This document shows, piece by piece, positions 41,960 to 53,465 of a stretch of 64,000 nucleotides of DNA. Location of the stretch: positions 480,001 through 544,000 of the forward strand of contig CAVXTM010000018.1 of NCBI GenBank assembly GCA_963764725.1, written 5' to 3'. The translations under genes were made by a program, and so were the position numbers. Source of the DNA: an uncultured Gammaproteobacteria bacterium. GTDB lineage: Bacteria; Pseudomonadota; Gammaproteobacteria; JACCXJ01. Numbering within the stretch: position 1 is the stretch's first letter; each line of letters opens with the position of its first letter. The notes under the pieces are model-generated. The model was not told the origin of the DNA. It did not search any database and saw only the letters and a program-made list of their open reading frames with translations.

Positions 41960-42370
41960 CGGTGTTGCTCCGGGGTTGGAGGATATCAAAATCAGTTCAG
42001 TTACTTCGCCCGCTCATATTGTTGAGCGTCTATCTTCATGTAGCGAAGTAACTTATGCTAACTATAGCTATGAATATTCAAGAAATCGAGGCGCTGAGGC
42101 CGATCGATTGCCGGGACCGATTAAAACCCAGTACAGACGCGTGCGACACTTACTCTGAACAAAGCAGTTCAGGGAGCGATGCTGTGATCTGAGGGTGAGG
42201 CGTTGAGGCCCGGGGATTAGTGGATAGTGCTCGACGGCCAGCGCAATGCCTAGGATCGCGAGAGGGAACTGCATGGTTGCCGATTACGGTCGCGCGCGCC
42301 ACGGCGATGTGGGCCGGCGATTTTGGCGGTCCTCGCCGGTCGGGTGGCACGAGATGGCAGGTGCCGGTTG

Positions 42371-43906
42371 TTAAGCCGGGTGGGATCCCCAGAATCGTCC
42401 CTGCTCGTACATGTAACGGATTTGCATGTATTGGAGCAGCGATCCCATCACGAAGCCCAGCAGTTCGGGTTTTTTGTAGAGCTCCCGCGTGATTGTTGAC
42501 CACATTTCCTGCTCCTGCGGCCCGAATCGCTCTAATTTCGATAGAAGCGCCAGACTATCGTGGTCCACGGTACGGAGATCCCCGCCGGGATCCCGTTTGG
42601 CTTTAGCACGCCGGGGGCCTCCGCGCCCCCCCAGTGCGGCCATGAACCGCAGAACCCGCTCTCCGAATGCAGAAGGCTGGTAGAGCTTATTGCAGAGCCC
42701 TTGGATCCCCTCTAACAACTGCTCCCGCGTCATTTGGCGGGGAACGATGTTGGTGTTCCACGGCGCGGCGGCAACCTCCGATCCCCCGGAGACCAAACGC
42801 CCCTCCCCCGCCATCCGTTCGTGAAGCGGGGTTGCCGCGGGCGCTACCAGAGCCCCCAGGCTGAATATTGGGATGGGGGTAGACATGGCGAATTCGTACT
42901 GGCGGTCGAAAATGTCCGGGCCGTCCGAGTCAAAACCCACGATCATGCCTGCGGTAACCGCAATACCATGGTCGAGGAAGCGCTGCACCTGATCGGCGAG
43001 ATTAATCCGCAGGTTCTGATGCTTCTTGGTCTCTCGTAGGCTGTCTTCGTTCGGTGTCTCGATGCCGATGAAAACGTGCGTGAGCCCCGCCTCGGCACAC
43101 AGCTCCAGAAGCTCCTCATCTTTCGCGGCATCGATGGACACCTGCGTCGCGAAACCGATCTCCCCTTTGTCATGCCGCGAATTCCAATCCCGCAGCGCGG
43201 CTAACAGCTCTTTCGCCCGACCGCGGTAAGCCGTGAAGTTGTCATCGGCGAGAAACACGAAGCGGTGGCCAATCCGGTAGAGCGCATCGAGCTCTCCGAG
43301 CACCTGCTCAACCGGTTTGTGCCGTTGCTTGCGCCCGAGGTATTGGATTACATCACAGAATTCGCATTCGAACGGGCATCCGCGCGAGGTCTGAACCGTG
43401 CCGGAAAGGGCCCGCTCACTGGGATAAAGGTCCCATCTCGGTCGCGGAGAGTGACTCAGATCCGGCCTGCTCCCCACGTACTCGGTTTTCCAGCCACCAC
43501 CCCTGAGATCGGAAAACAATTCCTCGGCGATATCTTCCACCTCCCCGCGCACGAGAATGTCACAGTAGGGACGAACGACCGCCGGGCACAATGACGCGTA
43601 GGGACCGCCGATCACGACAATCTTTCCTCTCCGTTGAAACTCCCGAGCGATGTTCCTCATGTGGCCCCATTGGGTGATCTTTCCCGTGATCCCCACCCAA
43701 TCGGGGGCACAATCGAAATCGACAGGCGATATATTTTCGTCGCACAGCCGTACCTCGAAGTCGCTTGGCGCCATGGCGGCCAGTGTTACAACCGCAAGAT
43801 CCGCCATCAGTGTCACAGGCCGAAACCCGTTGGCGGCGTAAACTTCCGCGCCAAAGTAGGTGGGAAAATCGCAAGCTGGGTTTATTAGGTAAATCGCCTT
43901 TGCCAT
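42371..43906 (-). CDS. B12-binding radical SAM protein
   Basis: N-terminal cobalamin-binding fold (DENI, VVIGGPYAS), SRGCPFECEFC, DDNF, FIGIET, IVGFD. Confidence 0.92.
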   Translation of the reverse strand: MAKAIYLINPACDFPTYFGAEVYAANGFRPVTLMADLAVVTLAAMAPSDFEVRLCDENISPVDFDCAPDWVGITGKITQWGHMRNIAREFQRRGKIVVIGGPYASLCPAVVRPYCDILVRGEVEDIAEELFSDLRGGGWKTEYVGSRPDLSHSPRPRWDLYPSERALSGTVQTSRGCPFECEFCDVIQYLGRKQRHKPVEQVLGELDALYRIGHRFVFLADDNFTAYRGRAKELLAALRDWNSRHDKGEIGFATQVSIDAAKDEELLELCAEAGLTHVFIGIETPNEDSLRETKKHQNLRINLADQVQRFLDHGIAVTAGMIVGFDSDGPDIFDRQYEFAMSTPIPIFSLGALVAPAATPLHERMAGEGRLVSGGSEVAAAPWNTNIVPRQMTREQLLEGIQGLCNKLYQPSAFGERVLRFMAALGGRGGPRRAKAKRDPGGDLRTVDHDSLALLSKLERFGPQEQEMWSTITRELYKKPELLGFVMGSLLQYMQIRYMYEQGRFWGSHPA

Positions 43907-44059
43907 ACGTCTAGGCCCCTTGATTTAGAACGGGCAGTGAAGCACAACACGATTGTGACCCGCTGAATTGGCGTTTGGTTTCGTCTATCAATGACGGTGT
44001 TAACGATGAAGAAAAATGGACTCACCGGCGCGCAGACGCTTGCGCGGGTCATCCAGGGG

Positions 44060-44265
44060 CATGACTTGTAGTTGATGCTTAACTGCCAATGACTCGGCCG
44101 CGACCGCATAAAGTCCACCGGGCCGGCAGAGTTTCACCAGCGTCTTGCAGAGATGCGCAAGGAGCACAAAGAGTTCTAGCATGCCGCTACCTTACCAGCT
44201 CGGCATGCATTGGCAAGACTGCGATTAACGCGGAAGTTTTCCTAGAATTAGGAATTCGCGACACA
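44060..44265 (-). mobile_element. rve-integrase element left end and N-terminus (family 1)
   Basis: tgtgtcgcgaattcctaat end; MLELFVLLAHL...AAESLAVKHQLQVM. Confidence 0.75.
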
Positions 44266-44334
44266 CACCCCGCGATGCTGCACCCTCACCTGTCGGCATG
44301 GCGATCATCGTTCTTGGTCCGAGGAGTCCCCCAT

Positions 44335-44455
44335 AAAGAACGTTATCTTCGCCTGTGTCCACAACGCCGGCCCTTCGCAGATCGCAGTGGCCTTCTTCAA
44401 TGAGATGGCAAACGCCGAGATCGCCCGCGCCGTTTCCGCCGGGACGCATCCCGCG
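44335..44455 (+). pseudogene. ArsC/LMW-PTP N-terminal fragment
   Basis: KNVIFACVHNAGPSQIA...SAGTHPA. Confidence 0.65.
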
Positions 44456-44757
44456 ACCGTGTTCAGCGTCACTTTCGAACAACTCGATGCGTTCGCCTCG
44501 CAAATGAGCGACAATGAAGCCGCCGCACGGTTACAAAAGGCACGACAAAAGCTCTTTCAACGCATCCATGAACAGTCGTCGCACAGCCGAGCCTCCCGAC
44601 GGCCCACAGGTATCCCCTGAGGCCAGTACTCTCTCACCCTAGGAGGCCAGGCTTTACTACCTTCTTTCAGACTCATCTTTGAATTAGAAGATACTCACGC
44701 GGATGCGGTTCGGCGGTTTCGGGAAGAATCGCGGGCGAGCACGGCAAGGAGAGAGAC

Positions 44758-46332
44758 ATGAGCACTGCTGCGATTTCGTCCTACGAGGAAGCCTGCGCCA
44801 AGCACCGCTGGGACGTCCCCGAGCGCTACAACATCGCGCAGGACGTGTGCGACAAGCACCCGCGGGACAAGCTCGCCATGGTGTACGAGCGCCACGACGG
44901 CCTGCGCCGCGACGTCACGTGGGGCGAGTTGCAGGACATGGCGAATAAGGCGGCGCACGTCCTACGCGCCAACGGCGTGCGCAAGGGCGACCGCGTCGCG
45001 GTCGTGCTCCCTCCCACGCCTGAGACCGCCGCGATCTTCTTCGGCACCTGGAAGCTGGGCGCGCTGCTGCTGTCGATGTCGGTGCTCTACGGCGACGACG
45101 GGATCCGCCACCGGCTCGGCGACTCCCAGCCCCGTGTCCTCGTCACCGACGCCGCCAACGCGCCGCGGTTCGACGCGTCCCTGGTGGAACACATGCTGGT
45201 GCTCGACGACAGCGTCCTCGCCGGCGCCCCGACGGACCACATCTCCGAGGACACAGCCGCCGACGACCCGGCGCAGCTGTACTACACATCCGGCACGACC
45301 GGCCTAGCAAAGGGCATCGTGCACGCCCACCGCTACATCCTGGCCCACGAGGAGTTCATCTACTGCCACGACGTGCGCGACGGAGAGCGATTCCACGGGA
45401 TGGGCGAGTGGGCCTGGGCGGCGGGCATCTCGCCGCTGCTGGGCCCGTGGCGACTCGGCGCCGTGCAGTGCGTCTACCAGCGCGAAGGCGGCTTCGATCC
45501 GCACAAGCAGCTGGACTACCTGTCGCGCAACGACGTGACGAACGTCTTCACCACGCCGACGGCGATGCGCGCGATGATGGCGATCGAGGACGCCGGCACC
45601 CGCTATCCGCAGAAGTTCCGCATCGTGTGCAGCGCGGGCGAGCCGCTGAACCCCGAGGCCATCCGCTGGTTCCGAGAGCAATACGGGCTCACCGTCCTGG
45701 ACTACTACGGGCTGACGGAGTCCTATCCGCTGTGCGCGAACTTCCCGTTCATGGAGGTGCGCGAGGGGTCCATGGGCAAGCCGATGCCGGGCTGGGACGT
45801 GCAGATCCTCGACGAGGACGAGAAGCCGGTGGCCCAAGGCGAGCGCGGGGAGATCTGCCTGCGCGCCCGATCGAACCCGCACTACCCGCTGGGGTACTGG
45901 AACAACGACGAGGCGGCGCGCGAGACCTTCGGCGGCGACTGGTTCCATTCTAAGGACGCGGCGACCATGGATGAAGACGGCTACATCTGGTACGCGGGCC
46001 GGGCCGACGACGTCATTATCGCGGCGGGGTATCGCATCGGGCCGTTCGAGGTGGAGTCCGCCTGCCTGGAGCACGCCGCCGTGCGCGAAGCGGCCGCCGT
46101 CGCCTCGCCCGACGAGGTCAAAGGCAACGTGGTGAAGGCGTTCATCGTGCTCGCCGATGGCCATGAGCCCTCGGACGAGCTGGCCGGGGACATCAAGCGC
46201 TTCGTGCGCGAGCGGTTGAGCGCGTACGCCTATCCGCGAAAGATCGAGTTCATCGCCGAGCTGCCCAAGACGCTGACCGGGAAGATCCGGCGCATCGAGT
46301 TGCGCGAGCGGGAGCGCGAACAGACGGGGTGA
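44758..46332 (+). CDS. Acyl-CoA synthetase (AMP-forming)
   Basis: YYTSGTTGLAKG, SAGEPLNPE, YGLTE, GRADD, GYRIGPFEVE, LPKTLTGKI. Confidence 0.95.
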   Translation: MSTAAISSYEEACAKHRWDVPERYNIAQDVCDKHPRDKLAMVYERHDGLRRDVTWGELQDMANKAAHVLRANGVRKGDRVAVVLPPTPETAAIFFGTWKLGALLLSMSVLYGDDGIRHRLGDSQPRVLVTDAANAPRFDASLVEHMLVLDDSVLAGAPTDHISEDTAADDPAQLYYTSGTTGLAKGIVHAHRYILAHEEFIYCHDVRDGERFHGMGEWAWAAGISPLLGPWRLGAVQCVYQREGGFDPHKQLDYLSRNDVTNVFTTPTAMRAMMAIEDAGTRYPQKFRIVCSAGEPLNPEAIRWFREQYGLTVLDYYGLTESYPLCANFPFMEVREGSMGKPMPGWDVQILDEDEKPVAQGERGEICLRARSNPHYPLGYWNNDEAARETFGGDWFHSKDAATMDEDGYIWYAGRADDVIIAAGYRIGPFEVESACLEHAAVREAAAVASPDEVKGNVVKAFIVLADGHEPSDELAGDIKRFVRERLSAYAYPRKIEFIAELPKTLTGKIRRIELREREREQTG

Positions 46333-46339
46333 CCACCAC

Positions 46340-47400
46340 CGAGCTGGACGTCCCCAGCCTGCTTTCGCTCTCGCGCGGTACTGCAGATGGAGAACGCAAT
46401 GCTTCGGCACCAGCTTAACGCGTATCAGCGCCGTCAACCGCGGCCGAAGCTTCGCACGGTGGACCGCTTACTCTGGACCTGCGCCTCTCGGATCTGGCCA
46501 GGCTGGGCGCGAGGAATTGACGCTAGTTAAGCCGGCGACTGTCATTGCCTGGCAGCGTAAACGCTTCCGTGACTATTGAGCAGCCCTGAGTCACCGTCGA
46601 GGACCAGGCCGTCCACCCGTCGCCAAAGAGGTTCAAGATCTGATCCGGAAACTCTCCAGCGCCAACATCGGCTGGGGTGTTCCAAGGATCGTCGGTGAAC
46701 TCCGCAAACTCGGTATTGAGGTTGGCAAATCGACCGTTCAGAAGTATCGAGTCAAACATCCGAAGTCACCGTCTCCTACCTAGAAATCGTTCTTGGCCAA
46801 CCATCTCACTGACTTGGTCGCCATCGACTTCTTCGTGGTTCCCACAATTGACTTCAAAGTCTTATACGTCTTTGTCGTGCTGGCTCACGAGCGTCGTCAG
46901 GCTTTCTACTTCAATGTCACGGAGAACCCGATCAATGGGTCGCCCAACAGATCATTGAGGCCTTTCCTTGGGAGACCGCGCCCCCTATTTGCTACGCGAT
47001 CGAGATGCGATTTATGGCGAGCGCTTTCGCCATCGCGTGCACAGTCTTCTCATCGAAGAGGTGATCACGGCTCCGCGCAACCCGTGGCAAAATCCGTACG
47101 TGGAGAGGATCATCGGTAGTATCCGACGCGATTGCCTGGACCACATGATCGTTTTCAACGAGCGCCACCTGAAACGGATCCTCACGATCTACTTTGACTA
47201 TTACCATCAGTGGAGGACTCACCTCGGTCTAGAGATGGACACACCCTGGGGGACGAGATGTTCAGACTCCTGATCAAGGCAAGGTCACCGAAGTTCCCGA
47301 TCTCGGTGGTCTACACCATCATTATCTAAGACTTGCAGCGTGAGATCGGGGCGTGAAGATTAACGCCAGATTTACGCATATGAGTTTTCGGGAACCACAG
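46340..47400 (+). mobile_element. Degenerate rve-integrase element (family 3)
   Basis: ENAMLRHQL, AIDFF, LLRDRDAIYG, PWQNPYVERIIGSIRRDCLDH, LGGLHHHY; end gagttttcgggaaccacag. Confidence 0.85.
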
Positions 47401-48813
47401 TCAAGTTTTGACTTGCACCGTACGCTAACAATCGGGTGTTCCAGCACCATTAGGCGGTCAGCAGTGGCGAGCCGCGGTGGGCTATGCCCAACTACGCCGT
47501 CACAAGGAGGAGAACGACGATGTTTGAACCACTAGAGATCATCTATGCCAGCCCACTCCTGATGAAGGTAGCGTTTACGGTAGGGTTGGTGGCTGCGGTC
47601 GCGTTCGCGGCGACGTTTCTGACGATGGCGATCATGGATTTAAGGGGGGGATCCCGTCGCATGGCTAATATGGTTGTGGACGTCCCAATAGGTCGCCTCG
47701 CCCCCTGCCCTGCGGCGTCGCTGTCGAACCATTCGCCATTGGGTAAGGCGCCAGGAGCAATCAATTCTTCCCGAGATAGGGAAGAATTGAAACCAAAGGC
47801 AGAAGCTTTGGCTTCCGCAGGAATCTCAACCAGCGAAGCCCACCGTTGCGAGCAGCTAGCAGCCGATCGATAGCACGGTAAACTTCCCGTATCTGGGAAG
47901 TTTAAAGCTGAGGCGCTTGAGAGAACTTCCCGGCCTTGTCCGGCCAATACTTCGCCGCGTAAGCCTCGGGGCCGATGTCCTTAAGCTCCTCGAAGCAACT
48001 GGGCGCCAGAATTTCAAGTGGGCAAGGTCGGCCAGCGGGATCTCCTCGATCTCGATACCGTCAAGACTAGCGCGGGCTCCCTCGAAAAACTCAGCGATGG
48101 CGTAGCACAAGCCCAGGCATGCCGCTTGATATGCGTAACGCGTCTACCGTCGGGATCCAGAGATCTTGGCGCATGTAATTGATGGTAAAGCCCCGGAAAT
48201 ACTTTGAAGAGAGGATAGAGGAGTAAACCCTAGCGTTGCAAAAAATCCGGTTGTTTGGCGAACTCATGCGGCTTTCAAAGTCTCCAGGTAATGCAACAGC
48301 TCGTCGCGAACGACTGGGTTTACAGCCATACTGAGCGTGAGCTGTCCCTGCGGCCGGATCAAACGGCCTGCACGCTGAATAAGGCGACGCCGCAGGGTGT
48401 CAAGGCGTGCGAAGTCCCAAAACGCCGGGCGCTTCTCAAGGGTAGTACGCGAAGGAGGATGGGCGATCATTTGCAGCTCTCGGCCGAAGTTGTGAGCCAG
48501 GAGGACTGAGAGCAGGTAGATCTGATTGCCGACCCAAGTACGCGTGGGGACATAGTCGAGCTGGTTGTCGGATTTGAGCTCGGCGAAGATACCCTCCTGG
48601 CTGCCCCGCCCGTTATGGAAGGCGAGCACCTTGCGGGCGCGGAGGGGCTTGTTGGTGAGGATAACCTTGAACTCGTAGCCATAGGCTTGGGGGATAAAGA
48701 GATCGAGCTGCACGGGGTCTTTGTGTTGCTGTTTGACCCGAGTGCGAATGAAGAGGAAGCGATGGCGAACATTCCAAGCTGGACTTAACCCGCTTTCGTG
48801 GACAGGTAATTCC

Positions 48814-49677
48814 CTAAACTGTCTCAGTCTCGGGTGTCATTAGTCTCCTCTCGTAGCTTACGGGTGACAAGTATCCCAGGGACGAATGGCGGCGATGCGG
48901 GTTGTACCAGCCTTCGATCCATTCAAACACTACCATACGGGCTTCCGTCTGGGTCTTGAATCGGCGCCGGTTCAGCAGCTCGCGTTCCAGGGTGGCGAAA
49001 AAGCTCTCGGCCATGGCGTTGTCGTAGGCATCGCCGACGGAGCCCATTGACGGCATGACGCCCATTTCGCGACACCGTTTGCCGAACGCATAGCTGGTGT
49101 ACTGGCAACCCCGGTCGGAATGGTGGATCACCTCCCGCGGCCGGCGCTGCACCAGGGCCATGTTCAGCGCGCTCAGGACCAGCTCGGTTCGCAGGTGCGT
49201 TTCCATTGCCCAGCCCACGATCCGCCGCGACCAGACATCCAGTACCACCGCCAGGTACAGAAAGCCGGACCACGTCGGAATGTACGTGATGTCGGCTACC
49301 CACAGCCGATCCGGTCCCCCGGCCACAAACTGCCGGTCAACCCAGTCCACCGCGCGCTCTGCCCTCGGCTCGGCTACCGTGGTGCGGACAAAGCGTTGCG
49401 GTGTGGCGCCGTACAAGCCGGCCGCGTGCATCAATCGCGCTACACGCTTGCAGCCGACGTGGACACCATGCTCATCGGCCAGCTCAGCATGAATGGAGGG
49501 CGCCCCATAGACGCCTCTGGAGCGGCGATGGATACCGTGGATCAGCGCGGTCAGTGCAATATCCTCGCGTGCACGTGCCGACAACGTTCGATCTTCCCAT
49601 GCATAGAGACCGCTCCTGGAGACTTTGAGCAACCGGCACATGACCTGTACCGGATATCGGGCCTGGTTCGCCTTCAC
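48814..49677 (-). CDS. IS3 OrfB transposase
   Basis: WVADITY, HHSDRGCQY, DNAMAESFF, YNPHRRHSSLGY. Confidence 0.93.
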   Translation of the reverse strand: MKANQARYPVQVMCRLLKVSRSGLYAWEDRTLSARAREDIALTALIHGIHRRSRGVYGAPSIHAELADEHGVHVGCKRVARLMHAAGLYGATPQRFVRTTVAEPRAERAVDWVDRQFVAGGPDRLWVADITYIPTWSGFLYLAVVLDVWSRRIVGWAMETHLRTELVLSALNMALVQRRPREVIHHSDRGCQYTSYAFGKRCREMGVMPSMGSVGDAYDNAMAESFFATLERELLNRRRFKTQTEARMVVFEWIEGWYNPHRRHSSLGYLSPVSYERRLMTPETETV

Positions 49678-49988
49678 GAATCCGAAGAGCGCTTCGGTGT
49701 CGCGGTGCTCTCCTTCGCAAACCAGGCCGCGGCTTTTGACAGGATCTCTCGCTCCAGCCTGAGCTGACGGTTCTCACGCCGCAGCCGAGCCAGCTCCTGC
49801 CGCTCTTCGCTCGTCAGGCCACCATCTCCCCGACCCGAATCCCGATTGGCTTGCTTGACCCACTGCCGGATCGACCAGCCCGTGCAGCCAAACTCCTTTT
49901 CAAGATCACCGTATTTGCGGCCCGCCCGGACCAACTCCACCATCTGTTGCCGGAACTCCGGCGTATATGTCCGTTGCTTCTTTGCCAT
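49674..49988 (-). CDS. IS3 OrfA
   Basis: YTPEFRQQMVELV HTH; ELARLRRENRQLRLEREILSKAAAWF; GTGA overlap with orfB. Confidence 0.9.
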   Translation of the reverse strand: MAKKQRTYTPEFRQQMVELVRAGRKYGDLEKEFGCTGWSIRQWVKQANRDSGRGDGGLTSEERQELARLRRENRQLRLEREILSKAAAWFAKESTATPKRSSDS

Positions 49989-51216
49989 GTCGAACACCTC
50001 TCTTTGTGAAGATGAAGTGTCCACAGAACCGGGTCAAGTCCAAAGCCTTGGGCTTCCACTGCGCCTCAAAGTAGGCGCATCCCGCCTCGATCCGATGCCA
50101 CCATCGACGCGCTTCAATGCGTTCTTTGAGTTCTCCGAAGCGCTCGAAGGGGACGCTGACCGTATACTCAACGCCCTGGGCATCGAGGCTCGTGATGATC
50201 GCGTCACTGAAGAAGGCGCTATCCACGCGTACCTCGATGCAGACCCCGGGGAGGGCCGAACGCACGGTGGCGATAGAGTCGCGGATAAAGGCCTGCGCGC
50301 CATGGGAGTCATGGACATTACCGGAGCGGTGCAGCACATCGAGCACTTGCCCGGTTTGGGCCACCGTGCAAAACAACGGGTAATAACTGCGCTGTCCTTT
50401 CTTCTTACGGTTGAATCCCACGGCCGTCCCCTCGGCGAATCTTCCAGTACCGATGACCGAGCCTCCAAGGTGACCCGTGGGAGATCAAGCTTCGCCAGCC
50501 GAGCCACCACCAACTCGCGCAGCAGGCGGTGCAGCTGCTCGACACTCTTCGGGTCGGCCTGCGCCAAGGCCCGACTGAGGGTGGCCACGTCGGGCAGCCG
50601 GCGCAGGCCCAGAGTGCGTCGGACCAACGGGTCATCGGCATAATACCGAATATCGCGCAATTCCCGAAACCCCATCAGCAGGTGCAGCACCAGAGAGAGC
50701 ACAACGGTGGCGTGCCCAAAGATGGGACTGACAACAAGATGCTCAAAACACCGGCGTAACCGCTCCTTGAGATCCAGACGGCGAAAGAGCTCTTGGATAA
50801 GGACCAAGCCCGAGAACGAAGTGAGTTGGCTCTCTTCGAATCGGAGTACTGGAAGGCTGTGGGTCTTGCAGTGAACATCGGTTCTGCTACACTTCACGGG
50901 AGCGGTCTCCTTTGCGGATCGTTTTGTTTTAGCAAACATATTATACCGCAACGGCAGACCGCTTCTTCTACTTAGCTGATCGCAACATCAGCCTCTTTAA
51001 CTGAATCGCTGGATTTCACCTCTGGTGACATCCAGCGGACAACGCAAAACTCGACGAACCCCCCGCCTTCACGCCATTTTTTGCGGTTAACCGCAGAAAT
51101 TTATGCAACTGGAAGGTAAAGATGCCGACAGATGAGCTCCTCGTCTTGGTTAAGCATCTGGTGGGACGCCTGGCTCGGGCCACTCAGTAGCCCGCTTGCA
51201 CGACTGCAAGTGAGGG

Positions 51217-51471
51217 ATGAATTGTGGCAGTATCGGTATCAAGCTCCGCTATGATGATTTCCGGACAGTGACCAGCGACGTCACGCTGGAGGAAGCGACG
51301 GCGGATCCGGAGACCATCCGAGCTGCAGCGCGAACCTGTCTTCAGCGGGTAGCGCTAGATCGAAAACTGCGCTTGCTCGGGATTAGGATCACGTCGCTTG
51401 GGCCGTCGCAATGCGTTGGCGAGATCAGTACCGCGGTACGTGCCATGCCCCGCCGCCGCGACAGCGGTTGA
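51217..51471 (+). pseudogene. dinB: DNA polymerase IV little-finger C-terminal fragment
   Basis: IGIKLRYDDFRTVT...LRLLGIR. Confidence 0.7.
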
Positions 51472-51490
51472 TACCCAGCGGTAGATTGAA

Positions 51491-51957
51491 ATGAAATGCC
51501 AGAGCCCAACACTGCATTTAGCGGAACTCGCTGATGCCCAGAAAATCGCTCGCATGTCCCGCAACCTCGTTGAAATGGGCCTCGGTTGGTCGTGGACACC
51601 GGATCGAGTGAGACGATCGATTCAGTGTCCTGATACGGTCGTCTTGAGTGCGCATGACGGCCCACGGATGCGGGGCTTTGCCATCATGGAATTCCTTGAA
51701 GAGGAGGCGCATTTAAATCTGTTAGCAGTAGACGCGAGCTACCGTCGTGCAGGCCTTGGCCGACGTCTCGTTCGATGGCTTGAGGAATCCTGCAGGTGGC
51801 TGGTAGCTTCGTTGTCTATTTGGAAGTTCGCGCCAGTAACCCGGGTGCCCGCGCCTTCTACCAAGCGCTGGGATATTGCGACATCGCTCACGTCCCTCGC
51901 TATTACCAGGACATTGAAGCCGCGATCCGCATGGCTCGTGATCTGAGTGCCGGTTAG
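51491..51957 (+). pseudogene. RimI-like GNAT acetyltransferase with a frameshift near 51790
   Basis: EAHLNLLAV..YRRAGLGRRL; next frame LEVRASNPGARAFY..LGY. Confidence 0.75.
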
Positions 51958-52273
51958 TCCCAATAATTTAAGGCGGGAAAGATTTTTTAGTCCAACAGCA
52001 TCCATCTCAATGGGATCGAATCGGCCGTGGATCTCGCCGTAGAGACTTGGCGCGAGAGCAACGCCATCGATGATGTCATGCTGGAAGTCCTGACTACCCT
52101 GTCCTCCGTCCTGATGGATAAAGGCCAACCCGTTCGACGCGGCTTCGCGCAGCGCGCCGTGTGTCACACGCAGGGAAACGTGTGGACTGTGGTCTAGCAG
52201 GGTGCCTCGGGTCCCACGGCGTACAAATCCCGACCGCGCTGGTGGTAGGCACGTATGATCCACGGCGACCCCG

Positions 52274-53092
52274 CTACACCCAACGATGCAACACTTCCCC
52301 GCCCGGAAAGGTATATCCGGAGTTGAAATGATAAGCGCCAACGATTTCTTGCGGAGCGAGCATCATGTGTTCCTCGATGTCTGAAGGGAAAAACCTGAGA
52401 TCTCCCGTGCCTGCCCATATGCCCTCACTGTAGCGGATATTCTCGGCCCCGAGCCTCACTAGCTCGAGTACCGAGGGTGGAGCGCCGCGTACCACACTCG
52501 GGAAATGCCGAATGTGAAATAGCGGCAACCCCATCGGCCCGGGGAGTTCAGACCGGGTGATTCTCTGTTCAATTTCCATCGTGCCTTCAATGAGCCGTTC
52601 CCCATGGGCGCACACATAAGCCTTTAGCTTGGCGCCTGGCCCCAGCGAGTGCATCATCGGATTCAACGGATGATACTCGGTCATATAGGTCTGACCGAGC
52701 TTCTTCGCAAAGCCCATAAACCACCCGCGAGCCATCGTAAAATCATTGTTGACCCAAATCTGCAAGCAAATCTGCCCTGGCGTACCAAGGTACGAACACC
52801 CCACCCAAATAGCGCATTCTTTGTACTGGGTACGCTCAGGATTCGTGAACGCCATATCCGGTTGGCTGTCCCAGAGCGCCCACCATTTGCTAAAGGCAAC
52901 ATAAGCCAGGCCGGGTTCGGGGCCTGCTTCAAGCGGTTCGGGTAGGTAGGCGGCGATCGCCGCGGGATCGGTGCGATAAGCAATGTTTAGATATTCTGTG
53001 GCGTAGTGCCAGGGCATATCGCCGACGAGCGAAGAGACGCCACCGGGTGTGAGGGGATAACAAAATCCTTTGAGATCGTTGATGGTAGTCAT
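52274..53092 (-). CDS. Acetoacetate decarboxylase-family protein
   Basis: PWHY, YRTDP, QYKEC, RGWFMGFAKK (Schiff-base Lys position). Confidence 0.85.
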   Translation of the reverse strand: MTTINDLKGFCYPLTPGGVSSLVGDMPWHYATEYLNIAYRTDPAAIAAYLPEPLEAGPEPGLAYVAFSKWWALWDSQPDMAFTNPERTQYKECAIWVGCSYLGTPGQICLQIWVNNDFTMARGWFMGFAKKLGQTYMTEYHPLNPMMHSLGPGAKLKAYVCAHGERLIEGTMEIEQRITRSELPGPMGLPLFHIRHFPSVVRGAPPSVLELVRLGAENIRYSEGIWAGTGDLRFFPSDIEEHMMLAPQEIVGAYHFNSGYTFPGGEVLHRWV

Positions 53093-53222
53093 GATTGCTC
53101 CTCCGTTCTAGTTTGGGCATGTCACGTGCGCGCTTAGAGAACTTATCCAAGAATGCCACCCGGTTTGATGATTGGATTCAGACAGACGCGAGTATCCTGA
53201 GCGGTCGGGGAGATAGGTAAAC

Positions 53223-53311
53223 TACACCATCATTATCTAAGACTTGCAGCGTGAGATCGGGACGTGAAGATTAACGCCAGATTGGCGCATACGAGTTTTC
53301 GGGAAGGACAG
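53223..53311 (+). repeat. Duplicate of the 3' end of the rve element at 47311-47400
   Basis: ctacaccatcattatctaagacttgcagcgtgagatcggg...gagttttcgggaa..acag. Confidence 0.85.
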
Positions 53312-53465
53312 GTTTACCATAACACCTTCGTCGCTCTCCTTTGTCATCTTCTATGATCAACACCCAGAGAATAACAACCGTCAGATGGATCATAATTAAT
53401 ACAGCTGATGGCAATCATGGGATAGCCCCGTAGAAGTAACCTACAGGAAGGTCACCTATGGGGTC

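Larger units (their letters stand above)
48780..50042 (-). mobile_element. IS3-family element
   Basis: TGGACTT...GTGGACA IRs, 4-bp TSD aagc. Confidence 0.93.
48228..51112 (-). mobile_element. IS1380-family element, frameshifted and interrupted by IS3
   Basis: LTSFSGL, LPDVATLSR, GQRSYYPL, VRVDSAF, HNGRGSQE; ends ccctagcgttgca / ccagttgca (approximate). Confidence 0.82.

Noticed and set aside
41574-42158. 194-aa hydrophobic ORF
   Set aside because: The Phe/Gly-rich stretch is the antisense of the Lys/Pro-rich peptide
47400-47910. Phage/P4-like remnant and hairpin aaacttccc-N6-gggaagttt
   Set aside because: Only vague resemblance (KAEALASAGISTSEAHRCEQLA); too little to support a call
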